Source of the DNA: a virus
DNA: 64,000 bases
Direction: 5' to 3' (one strand)
Virus record (IMG/VR): IMGVR_UViG_3300020201_000009
Span: 1-64,000 of that record
Of this stretch, positions 18,641 through 27,214 are shown in pieces. The first letter of the stretch is position 1. Each line of letters begins with the position of its first letter. A program made the translations under genes and the position numbers. The notes beneath the pieces are model-generated. The model was not told where the DNA came from. It did not search any database and saw only the letters and a program-made list of their open reading frames with translations.

Positions 18641-19399
18641 TTATTGATATCTTTCTACTACCAAAGAATGAATTCTTGACCTACTAGAAAAATAAGGCGA
18701 ATAAATAAACGCCGAATTAAGCTCGTTCGGGAAGTATCCAGTCATTGGTTGGCCTTGTATAAAGGAGGCGTTTAAAGAAGTGCTGATCAAACGTCTGCAA
18801 CTAAAAACGCTATAGTCTGTTGTAAGTTCATCTGGACTAGAGTTTTGAGTGGTCGATAACCATCCGGTTCCGCTATAATTACTACCCCTTCTGAGGGTAA
18901 TGCAATTAAATTTGGCATAAAGTCCGGCACTCGCCGCCGATGTAATCATGGTTCGGGGACCGTTTGCGTTAGTTACTCCATTGTATACGGTTCTTCCGCT
19001 GTAAGCGATTCCGTTATTGGCCACCCCACTGACAACCGCTAATTGGGCCGTTCCATTAAAATTGAAATAGTCAATATTTCCTTGGATACTATGTAGTAAT
19101 CCCGGAATAGTTGTACACCCCGCGAAAACAACTCCAGTTTCTCCATTATATGGCAGTCTAAAAGAAGAATCTTTGAACCCAATAAAAAGCTGCCCTTGTG
19201 GGGAATTGTCTGTAATCGAATCATTAAATGCTCCGGGATAATTTTGATTATCATTCCCGTTTTGTGTTTGACTGACAAAAAAGCCCATACGAAGCTCTCT
19301 CCAATCACCGAAGTCGAAAGTATATAAAAGAGCTTCTCTCGGTTCTAATATAACGCATTTTTCACCTGATGCGACTGATTTTAAGAATATCGTTGCCAT
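18641..19399 (-). CDS. Tail-associated protein (paralog of 17759-18607)
   Basis: Shared terminal motifs with 17759-18607; downstream of gpJ-like and LamG genes. Confidence 0.55.
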   Translation of the reverse strand: MATIFLKSVASGEKCVILEPREALLYTFDFGDWRELRMGFFVSQTQNGNDNQNYPGAFNDSITDNSPQGQLFIGFKDSSFRLPYNGETGVVFAGCTTIPGLLHSIQGNIDYFNFNGTAQLAVVSGVANNGIAYSGRTVYNGVTNANGPRTMITSAASAGLYAKFNCITLRRGSNYSGTGWLSTTQNSSPDELTTDYSVFSCRRLISTSLNASFIQGQPMTGYFPNELNSAFIYSPYFSSRSRIHSLVVERYQ

Positions 19400-19410
19400 A
19401 ATTTTGTTTT

Positions 19411-20523
19411 TTAGAGTTTTAAATAACCGATTAATCCCGCTGAATTAACGATAGAACCCGTTGCTCCAGAGGCAATTTCGTCTCGTGACCTCACGTAGTT
19501 CCAAATCCGAACTTCATCGATCCATCCCTGATATTGTTGAGAATTTCCATTAGTCATACGACGGCCAATAAAATAATCCCAATTGTTCAAAATCGTAAAA
19601 TTAATTTGTGGCCCCGAATTTCTTCTCATCCCGCTGATATAAAAAGTTCCGCTTATACCGCTTTTCACAAACGCAACGTGTGTCCATGATTGCTCGGAAA
19701 TTGAGACATCACAATTGAAGGCGCTTCCGGTAACACCAGCCCTAAGAAAGTCCGTGCTCGCGTTTCTACTTACAGTAAAACCAGATTGGCTATTGTGGTC
19801 GATCAATCTCGCATCAGCATCTCCCCAACCACTGCGTCTCATTTGGAATTCAACAGTAAAGTCATTGATAGCAGCCGGGTCTTTGTACAACTGTAAAAAA
19901 GTTCCGTTCCGCAAGAAAAGTCCCGATTCTTTATTATTATAACCAAGCCGAGTATTTCCTGCGCGATCCCATCCGCCAGTGAATATAAGACCCGACCCCG
20001 TGAATGTGGCTGGGGGCGATGCGCCGTGATTAACAAAACTTGTTCCCGTCACAATAAATACGGGGGGTATCCAACCCCAAATAGTCGTACCGGTTCCAAA
20101 ATAAGGCATTGGCCCCGATGCTGTCCAGCCCGAATAAAGTCCGGTGAAAATTAAACTATCCCCTGTAACAATAGGATATTTTCTCCAATCATCCATTATA
20201 AACGAGTAAGCATTAAACGCCTTTCCTGTTGTATATAAGGGAACGGGTAGAGGATTAAAAACGCCGCTATAGTCGGTCGTAAAACCAGTCAGAGCGCCAG
20301 ACGCATATTGGTCAAAAGGCTCTACGAAATATGAACTTGCTAAGAAACTGGTTCCCGTTGAAAATCCAGTTCGTGGAAGATTAAACCCATTTTCGTATAC
20401 GAATCCAGATTTATAAGTATCCCTAAAACCATCATTATATATATCAAAGGCTTCATATAAACCCGTATATACGAGTAAAGCAAGATCGCTTTGAGAAAAT
20501 AAAGTAAAAGGAAATGGGATCAT
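19411..20523 (-). CDS. LamG-domain tail/receptor-binding protein
   Basis: DFTVEF...WTHVAFVK...YQGWIDEVRIWNYVRSRDEI...LIGYLKL; directly after gpJ. Confidence 0.7.
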   Translation of the reverse strand: MIPFPFTLFSQSDLALLVYTGLYEAFDIYNDGFRDTYKSGFVYENGFNLPRTGFSTGTSFLASSYFVEPFDQYASGALTGFTTDYSGVFNPLPVPLYTTGKAFNAYSFIMDDWRKYPIVTGDSLIFTGLYSGWTASGPMPYFGTGTTIWGWIPPVFIVTGTSFVNHGASPPATFTGSGLIFTGGWDRAGNTRLGYNNKESGLFLRNGTFLQLYKDPAAINDFTVEFQMRRSGWGDADARLIDHNSQSGFTVSRNASTDFLRAGVTGSAFNCDVSISEQSWTHVAFVKSGISGTFYISGMRRNSGPQINFTILNNWDYFIGRRMTNGNSQQYQGWIDEVRIWNYVRSRDEIASGATGSIVNSAGLIGYLKL

Positions 20524-20524
20524 C

Positions 20525-23500
20525 TTACTTAAAGTCTTTCGATAGGATGGCGCGGATTACAGTCCCATCATAAGCGCACGTAAGGGTATCCCTCGCTAGG
20601 GTATCGGGTGTTAAAGTTGGAATTGTTCCACCGGGAAACTTAAATACCGTATTATAAGTCAATGCCCGACCGCCACCCGCGTCTTGGTCTATGAACCAAA
20701 TATATGTTGCGCCAGCGGCTAGATTGGTTGGAGCACCTAATATTCGAGACCCACCTAGGGTAACTTGAAAAACATTTCCCGTTAAACAGTCTGTAGCGAT
20801 TGTCGCAGCGTCAACTAGGTTAATAATACCTTTATTGATATTCGCACGAGAGGTTGTCGGACTTGTGACTTCCCTTAAATTACCCGTGATAGTGAGTAGA
20901 TCCCCGCTGATCGTTATCGAATTAGATCCACGGAAAATCGAAAGACCGTGACCTGACCTTAAGATGTCGCCACTGATCGTAATCGTCTGCCCGTCTTGAG
21001 TATAATTTAAGAAACCCGTACTCTTTAATATAACCCCTGCTTCGATAAAAGGGTTATCATTCGAACGTATCCCAGTGACGCCAAGATTGGTTCGCATTAC
21101 AATCGGCCCATAGATAGGGCAACCGCTGACACCAAATGAGTCGATGATTGAATACCATAACTTGTACGCTCCCGTCATGCGATGGGTGATAAATCCCGCG
21201 ACGGATTGACTTTCACCGCTCTTATTTTGAAAAGTCGGAGTTAAATCGGGAACATCGTTGCTGTACCAAAAGTAAACCCCACTAATGTCTGTATCTCTGG
21301 GATCAGGGTCAATGTTATATTGAAACCCACCATTCGCACCATAAAAACCTGAATTTATAGGGGATCGCGGAGCGGGATTGGTAATATTGATTGCACCACC
21401 GACAATTGTAGAGCCGAAAATGTCGCTAGTTTCCACTTGAAACCTCCAAGTTCTCAAGCGCCCCCCGGTGAAATTATAAATAATTCCTGTAGGAATATCG
21501 AAGTGCGTAATACTTGGATCTTCAACAATGTAAGGTTGGGAAATTTGAGTCCCGCCAACGGTCATTGCAGTTAATCTATATGTATCTAAAAATTGAACCT
21601 TTGGATCAGGATTTCCATTTGTATCGTAAATAGTGTCCCATGAAATTCCGGGTTGAACACCGAAATAACCCGTTGTAATACCGGACGAGTTGGGTGAAAC
21701 TGTATTTGGATCTCCGTTAAAATAAACCGATAAACCAGTAACAACGGGAGGTCCGCCTACAGGATTTGTTGTAGGAACAACATAAAAACCAGAGACGAAT
21801 GTTGACTCCTTACCTCCGTAAGAGACTGCCCCTAGAAGGAAATTATGCCTTCCAGTTTTAATTACTGGATAAGTTGTATTTCGAGATTGGGGATTCGCAA
21901 AGTTAATCCAGTTCCCACCGTGAACTTGACCAGATACGCGATAATATGCTAAAACGGCGGAAGCAGAACCAGTCCAATTTAATTGTATGTAAGCGAAATA
22001 GTCGTTATTATTGAGCAACCCTGTAACTGGGGTAACACTAAAGTTAGATGGTGGAGTAATCGCCGTTCCATCCCCGGTATTCGCGGGTAAAGACTGAACT
22101 GAATATGAGCGTTCGATGGAATAGTTAATGCCAGTTGAGTATTCCAATCCTAAAATTTCAAGCGTTCCGGGTTTCCCCTCAGAAGTCGCCAAGCAACGAT
22201 ATAGAAGAGATTTGTCCGCGACGGTCGCGGCATCACCCGACGCCGAAATAATAAAGGTTGTCCCTTTATTTAACTCTATCCCGAAACCAGCATTCGCGGT
22301 AATCGTACTATAATTGCCGGGGGTGTTTAAAAGAAGTCTCGTTTGGATTTGAGAATTTCTAATCAAAGGAATTTGGGAAGACCCGGTAATCTGGTTCGGA
22401 TCATCTAAATTACCAGTAGGCGTGATACAAGAAAGATTATATGAAAAACCAGCGTCTAAAGTTATAGTTCTATCAAGGGTAATAGCTGTTTTATTAACAC
22501 TAAAATCGATAATTCTTCCACCCTGTTGTTTATTAAAACGATAGTTGTCATAAACGGAAAAAACATCGCCGGGACGAAGATAGTTTCCATATTGTCCGAC
22601 AGAGAATGTAATGGTTTCAGTAATTAACCGCTCCGTTTGGAGAATCCATGAACCCAAACGATAAGCTTGACCTTTAGATGTGCAAGCGAATGCGGTAACT
22701 TCCTTTTCAATATACCCATAGCGTAAAATACCCTCTTGATCTTCGATTCTTTCAATTGCTTCTCGATAAAGGTCTGAGGGATCAGTATATCGAACGATTA
22801 TAACAGTTGACCGAGTATTTTTGGCAGTATCGGCGTATTGAAAAGACCCATTTACAATATTGGCGTTTGTGTAATTATAAACTGGGCCTTTATCGGAATT
22901 TTGAGTGGCGAAAATCTTGCCATTCGCAAAATACATCATTCCACGAAATGCTGAAACTATATTTTGAAGTAAATCGTAGGCTTCGGTTCTTTGTTGTAGA
23001 GAACAATTTACGGTGTATCGAGGTTCTGATCCACCCTTTCCGTTATCAACCATTTCATCGCAATGCTGGGCGATTTCATATAGGCTCCATTTATCAACCC
23101 ATTGTGTCGCAACGTATTTTCCCAAACCGTATCGTTTATTGGTGATTAAATCATATAAAATCCAAGCGGGGTTATTGGTCCATTTTAAAGTCGAATCAAA
23201 GGTTCCATTCCAGACTGAAGGGTAAACGGCGGAAGTATAGGTTCCGTCAGAATTTATAACTGTTGGTGTATATCCTTGCGGAACCTGAATTTGCGCCCCA
23301 TCTAATTCGTATGCTCTTGAAGGGATAGCGGGAAATTGTTCTGCGTCTAGTATAGTGCCAACTAAAACAGACGTTGGGTAGCTGAGAGAACTAGAGGAGA
23401 TAACCGAAAGCGATTCAAAATATAATTCATTTTGGGTTTTAATAGATAAAATATTGTTTGTAGTTCGCCTAACTCTAACCCTCCAAGAAAGATTGCTTTG

Positions 23501-24112
23501 TGTCGGTAAACCCTTGGGAAGAGTGTGGATTGTTTGTCGGACATACGCAGAAGTACATTTGCCGATGATTGAATATTCTCCTTGTTGTACCCAAGCTGTT
23601 TCGGCGACAGCAATATCTACCGCATATTTGATCTCGAAGCCATTTGTATTACCCTTGTCATCTTGGGTTAGTAATGCTGGGACTCTAACGGAAACTTTAA
23701 TCGAATCTGCGTCAGGATAGGTGTTGGTGTTTAGAGTTGCTACAACACTTGTTGCGATGCCTTGATTCACTGGGGGTTGAAACAATCTAACATTACCGCC
23801 AACGGGAATTATGTTTTCGATTTTTTCAAAACTAGAGATCGGCGCTTGATCGGTTGTGCCAAGTGTATATCCAAGACTAAATCCCTGACCGGATACGTTA
23901 TAATTGTATGTGCCGTCTAAATTTCTGACCCGAAGATCGTTATAGAATACTGAGGTAAGAGGGTCAGAACCGTATACCCCCGATTGAACAACGAAACCCT
24001 TAATCTGACCTTCTCCGACCAGATCTAAAATCTTAATTTGCTGTTGAGAAAATAATGTATTCGGCGCTTCATATGGCGGAGGCGGTTGAGCCGGTTGTTT
24101 CTTTTTACTCAT
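20525..24112 (-). CDS. Lambda gpJ-like central tail tip / host specificity protein
   Basis: ILDLVGEGQIKG, WTNNPAWILYDLITNKRYGLG, YEIAQHCDEMV, EPRYTVN, AFACTSKGQAYRLGSW are gpJ hallmarks; FN3-like and C-terminal fibre-adaptor domains. Confidence 0.9.
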   Translation of the reverse strand: MSKKKQPAQPPPPYEAPNTLFSQQQIKILDLVGEGQIKGFVVQSGVYGSDPLTSVFYNDLRVRNLDGTYNYNVSGQGFSLGYTLGTTDQAPISSFEKIENIIPVGGNVRLFQPPVNQGIATSVVATLNTNTYPDADSIKVSVRVPALLTQDDKGNTNGFEIKYAVDIAVAETAWVQQGEYSIIGKCTSAYVRQTIHTLPKGLPTQSNLSWRVRVRRTTNNILSIKTQNELYFESLSVISSSSLSYPTSVLVGTILDAEQFPAIPSRAYELDGAQIQVPQGYTPTVINSDGTYTSAVYPSVWNGTFDSTLKWTNNPAWILYDLITNKRYGLGKYVATQWVDKWSLYEIAQHCDEMVDNGKGGSEPRYTVNCSLQQRTEAYDLLQNIVSAFRGMMYFANGKIFATQNSDKGPVYNYTNANIVNGSFQYADTAKNTRSTVIIVRYTDPSDLYREAIERIEDQEGILRYGYIEKEVTAFACTSKGQAYRLGSWILQTERLITETITFSVGQYGNYLRPGDVFSVYDNYRFNKQQGGRIIDFSVNKTAITLDRTITLDAGFSYNLSCITPTGNLDDPNQITGSSQIPLIRNSQIQTRLLLNTPGNYSTITANAGFGIELNKGTTFIISASGDAATVADKSLLYRCLATSEGKPGTLEILGLEYSTGINYSIERSYSVQSLPANTGDGTAITPPSNFSVTPVTGLLNNNDYFAYIQLNWTGSASAVLAYYRVSGQVHGGNWINFANPQSRNTTYPVIKTGRHNFLLGAVSYGGKESTFVSGFYVVPTTNPVGGPPVVTGLSVYFNGDPNTVSPNSSGITTGYFGVQPGISWDTIYDTNGNPDPKVQFLDTYRLTAMTVGGTQISQPYIVEDPSITHFDIPTGIIYNFTGGRLRTWRFQVETSDIFGSTIVGGAINITNPAPRSPINSGFYGANGGFQYNIDPDPRDTDISGVYFWYSNDVPDLTPTFQNKSGESQSVAGFITHRMTGAYKLWYSIIDSFGVSGCPIYGPIVMRTNLGVTGIRSNDNPFIEAGVILKSTGFLNYTQDGQTITISGDILRSGHGLSIFRGSNSITISGDLLTITGNLREVTSPTTSRANINKGIINLVDAATIATDCLTGNVFQVTLGGSRILGAPTNLAAGATYIWFIDQDAGGGRALTYNTVFKFPGGTIPTLTPDTLARDTLTCAYDGTVIRAILSKDFK

Positions 24113-24801
24113 TAGTCTTGATACTGAACGCCGCCACCATCTAAGACCGTCTCAGTAACGGAACCGATTTGATTGGTGTTGGTTGTTGAACGCTCTTGGG
24201 TATTCGTCGCCGCAGAAATCGGCATCGGTGATACTAAAGTTCTCCCATATATGATACCAACGGAGCCGCCCTGAGCGACCGCGTTAGCGTTTCCTTGGAA
24301 TAAATTGGAACCGCCATCATCTACCGCTCCACTTGAACTAGTATCAAATTTTGGAACAGGCGTTAATAATTGCATAACGCCTCCTAAAATTAAAGAAGCT
24401 GCCAAACCGTAACCAATAGTTGCGGTTCCAGCGGAAATAAGAGCATTGGCACCAAAAACACCGGGGGTGGCGGCACCCCAAGTGACAATGATAAGAACGA
24501 TTCCAACGACAATTTGCAGCCAAGGACTATCCCCAGAACCTTTGATGGTCGGCATAATATATATATCAGATGAACCGATTGGGCCGCTTGACTCATTTCT
24601 GACATCAATAATATTTTTTTTACTTTGAAGGCCGATCTTATAATAGCGTTTAGCACCTTCTGTGGACATATATTTCATAAACTCACCCTTGGTGTTTACG
24701 TCGATAGCACGTAAAGCTTCGCGAACTGTGTCTACGTCAAGTTCCCATTTGCGTCCAAATAGTTTTCCCAATTTACCTTCTAAATATACAGTTCTTAACA
24801 T
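24112..24801 (-). CDS. Lambda gpI-like tail assembly protein
   Basis: VYLEGKLGKLFGR...TVREALRAI, hydrophobic middle, QGGSVGIIYGRTLV. Confidence 0.85.
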   Translation of the reverse strand: MLRTVYLEGKLGKLFGRKWELDVDTVREALRAIDVNTKGEFMKYMSTEGAKRYYKIGLQSKKNIIDVRNESSGPIGSSDIYIMPTIKGSGDSPWLQIVVGIVLIIVTWGAATPGVFGANALISAGTATIGYGLAASLILGGVMQLLTPVPKFDTSSSGAVDDGGSNLFQGNANAVAQGGSVGIIYGRTLVSPMPISAATNTQERSTTNTNQIGSVTETVLDGGGVQYQD

Positions 24802-24830
24802 ACCTTTTACCTATTCAAATGGAAATACAC

Positions 24831-25547
24831 TTAAAACAAGCTTTTATGTCTTAAAACTTTGGAAAGTTTACTTAACATTCTCGCTTCGATCATCGCCGTT
24901 TGAGAAAGCTGCCTGATCGGATGATGAATCATTTTAGAATTACCAATAAAAATACCGAGGTGCTGTGGATAAGCTCTCATAGAATTAAACAGTAAAACAT
25001 CATGTTTGTGCAATATTGTTTTTGTATTTGTTTCTATAAATCCTTCATCAGCAAATTTTAATAACATTTCTTCATTATCGCTATCTTCATAACTTTCATC
25101 TCTATCATAGTCTTTAATTAAAATACCAAAGTTTTTTTGATAGTAGTGACGAACTAAACCCAGACAGTCATTAATCCCCCAATCAAATTGAACACTTTCT
25201 ATTTTATGCTCTTTAGAGAGTGGATAATACTCCAACCATTCTCCGGTTTCATGAACAAAAAGATACACTGGAAGCATCATTATTTCAGATAGTTCCTTAT
25301 CGTCATCAGAAAAAGCAATTTTTTGACCAATGGGGTGACTATGAAAAATTCCGTAAGGGATACTCCATTTGGCGGCGTCTAAGTAGTCTTCGGCTGAAAT
25401 TTCAAAATGATTAATCTTATCAATTGAAATATTTTGACATTTAATAAAATGGACCTTACCGTTTCCGCAGGTAATTAGACCGCAAGCCTCTTCATTTAGA
25501 TTTAGTTTCGCATACTCAATTGCTTCATTTTTGATTCTAGTATTCAT
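24831..25547 (-). CDS. Lambda gpK-like tail tip protein (JAB/MPN plus NlpC/P60)
   Basis: EEACGL...FHSHP...SDDD (JAB); WGINDCLGLVRHYY...HLGIFIG...MIHH (NlpC/P60). Confidence 0.9.
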   Translation of the reverse strand: MNTRIKNEAIEYAKLNLNEEACGLITCGNGKVHFIKCQNISIDKINHFEISAEDYLDAAKWSIPYGIFHSHPIGQKIAFSDDDKELSEIMMLPVYLFVHETGEWLEYYPLSKEHKIESVQFDWGINDCLGLVRHYYQKNFGILIKDYDRDESYEDSDNEEMLLKFADEGFIETNTKTILHKHDVLLFNSMRAYPQHLGIFIGNSKMIHHPIRQLSQTAMIEARMLSKLSKVLRHKSLF

Positions 25548-26453
25548 TTATTGAATCCTCGCTCTCGAAACTCCCGGAAAAAAGCCACCTCTTAAAATTG
25601 CGCTGCCGGGGAAATGTAATCGGCAACCGAGGGGACTCCGAGAGCAGGCATCGACTAACCACTTGCTGGGAGCGCGTAGGGGGCTGTTTTCCGCACCAGT
25701 AATACTTCCACCCCTGCACACAAAGAAAGTGCGGTCTCCAGAGGTTTGGGGTAGCGTGCTATCGATGTAGACGTAATCCCCCTCAACATAGGTCGTCACT
25801 GCATTCCATTGACCTTTGTCTTGTAAACCAGAAAGATTCCACCCCGAACCCACAAACGCTTTATTATTTTGGTCCGTAACGGGAATACCAATGTACTTAC
25901 AGGTTGAAGCATCTCTAAATCTGAATGGGCATACTAAAGCTAAAACTTGCCTATTTGGTAATTTTGCACCATCAATTTCTAACACAGTAGCTAATTCAAA
26001 TTGTACGAATTGAGAATTTTCCGTTACTTTTCTATTAATAAAGAAAATATCGTCAACATAGGCGGTTGTATCTGGAGTGCCAAATGGGTTTACGCCACCC
26101 CTAAAATTTACCGCATCAATGAATCGAGAGTATACTTTACGCCTCGTTACTTGAGCGCCAACAAGGTTATCAAAATTATATAATATTGTAGATAATGCTC
26201 CGCCAATATTTGAAACAGTTAGTTTTGGTCTTGGCAAAGAACCCTTGCCGTCAATTTCTACCGCTTCGATAGCAATTGGAAATTGTTCATAAGCTTGGCT
26301 ATTAAAAGTTATTCGCCCTCCAACTTCATTGGAGCCATTAACAAAATAATAAATATCAGCTACGCCAAGATTCGTTCCGTCTAGTTGGAATAACTCCAAC
26401 AGTGAGGAAGGTACGAATTTTGATTCTTCTGAATTAACAATTGTTTTCGGCAT
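25548..26453 (-). CDS. Lambda gpL-like minor tail protein
   Basis: LELFQLDGT, GSLPRPKLTVSN, AQVTRRKVYSRFIDAVNF; four Cys (CPF...TCKY...ACS...GCRL) matching the gpL Fe-S site. Confidence 0.9.
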   Translation of the reverse strand: MPKTIVNSEESKFVPSSLLELFQLDGTNLGVADIYYFVNGSNEVGGRITFNSQAYEQFPIAIEAVEIDGKGSLPRPKLTVSNIGGALSTILYNFDNLVGAQVTRRKVYSRFIDAVNFRGGVNPFGTPDTTAYVDDIFFINRKVTENSQFVQFELATVLEIDGAKLPNRQVLALVCPFRFRDASTCKYIGIPVTDQNNKAFVGSGWNLSGLQDKGQWNAVTTYVEGDYVYIDSTLPQTSGDRTFFVCRGGSITGAENSPLRAPSKWLVDACSRSPLGCRLHFPGSAILRGGFFPGVSRARIQ

Positions 26454-26491
26454 TAACTACACTATAGTAACGGTTTCAGAACAAAAAGCAA

Positions 26492-27214
26492 TTAACTTAT
26501 ATCAAAAACTTGAACAACGTCTACGGAAGCGTCATTTATATTATATGACTGTGTCGAATAGCTAAAGCTTTTCGATATATATTTTAGACTTGGATTGTTA
26601 GTAAGTCTACCAACGGGCATCAATAATTGGAAGAGGTCAACGCCGCCTTTTTCTTCAATAAAGGTTTGTATAGCAAGAGTTTCCTTATCGGAACGACCTT
26701 GAAACGCAAGTTTCCACATATTAATATTATTATTAAGAGATACTCGCGCCCTTTGGCTATAGCCATCACCTAGTTGGGCTTCAATAACTTGTGAAGTATT
26801 TTCTAAAGAAGTCGAATAAGATGGTAAAAAATTGAAACCCGTTGTCCAAGCCGGGTTCATTAAACCATTGATAGTCCAAGCAACCGCGCTAGGTAGGGAG
26901 TTCACGCCGGGAGATAGAAATTGAACAAATCCGCTTCCAGCATTAAGAACCATACCCGTATAATCAACCGTTTCGATAAGACTCCCTCTTTGGAAATCAG
27001 GGAAAAGTCCGGTTGAAGAAAAATACAAAGTTCCAAGATTATCTTGGCGTCCAAAAAAACTCGCTGTATAAGATGGCTTATGTAATGGAATATAACCAGA
27101 ATTTAAATCCATCGTTGAAAAATATAATGTCGGATTGGAGTTGCTAGCCCGAACTATATCATATTTATTATATAAAAAAATTGATGAGTATGCGTAAAAT
27201 GTATTATTAGCCAT
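26492..27214 (-). CDS. Lambda gpM-like distal tail protein with N-terminal extension
   Basis: C-half LGDGYSQRARVSLNN...WKLAFQGR...FIEEKGG; directly after the tape measure. Confidence 0.8.
   Translation of the reverse strand: MANNTFYAYSSIFLYNKYDIVRASNSNPTLYFSTMDLNSGYIPLHKPSYTASFFGRQDNLGTLYFSSTGLFPDFQRGSLIETVDYTGMVLNAGSGFVQFLSPGVNSLPSAVAWTINGLMNPAWTTGFNFLPSYSTSLENTSQVIEAQLGDGYSQRARVSLNNNINMWKLAFQGRSDKETLAIQTFIEEKGGVDLFQLLMPVGRLTNNPSLKYISKSFSYSTQSYNINDASVDVVQVFDIS

Noticed and set aside
14619-20523. Invertible tail-fibre switch between the oppositely oriented LamG paralogs
   Set aside because: No DNA-level inverted repeats or invertase gene were recognised; the paralogs appear similar only at protein level
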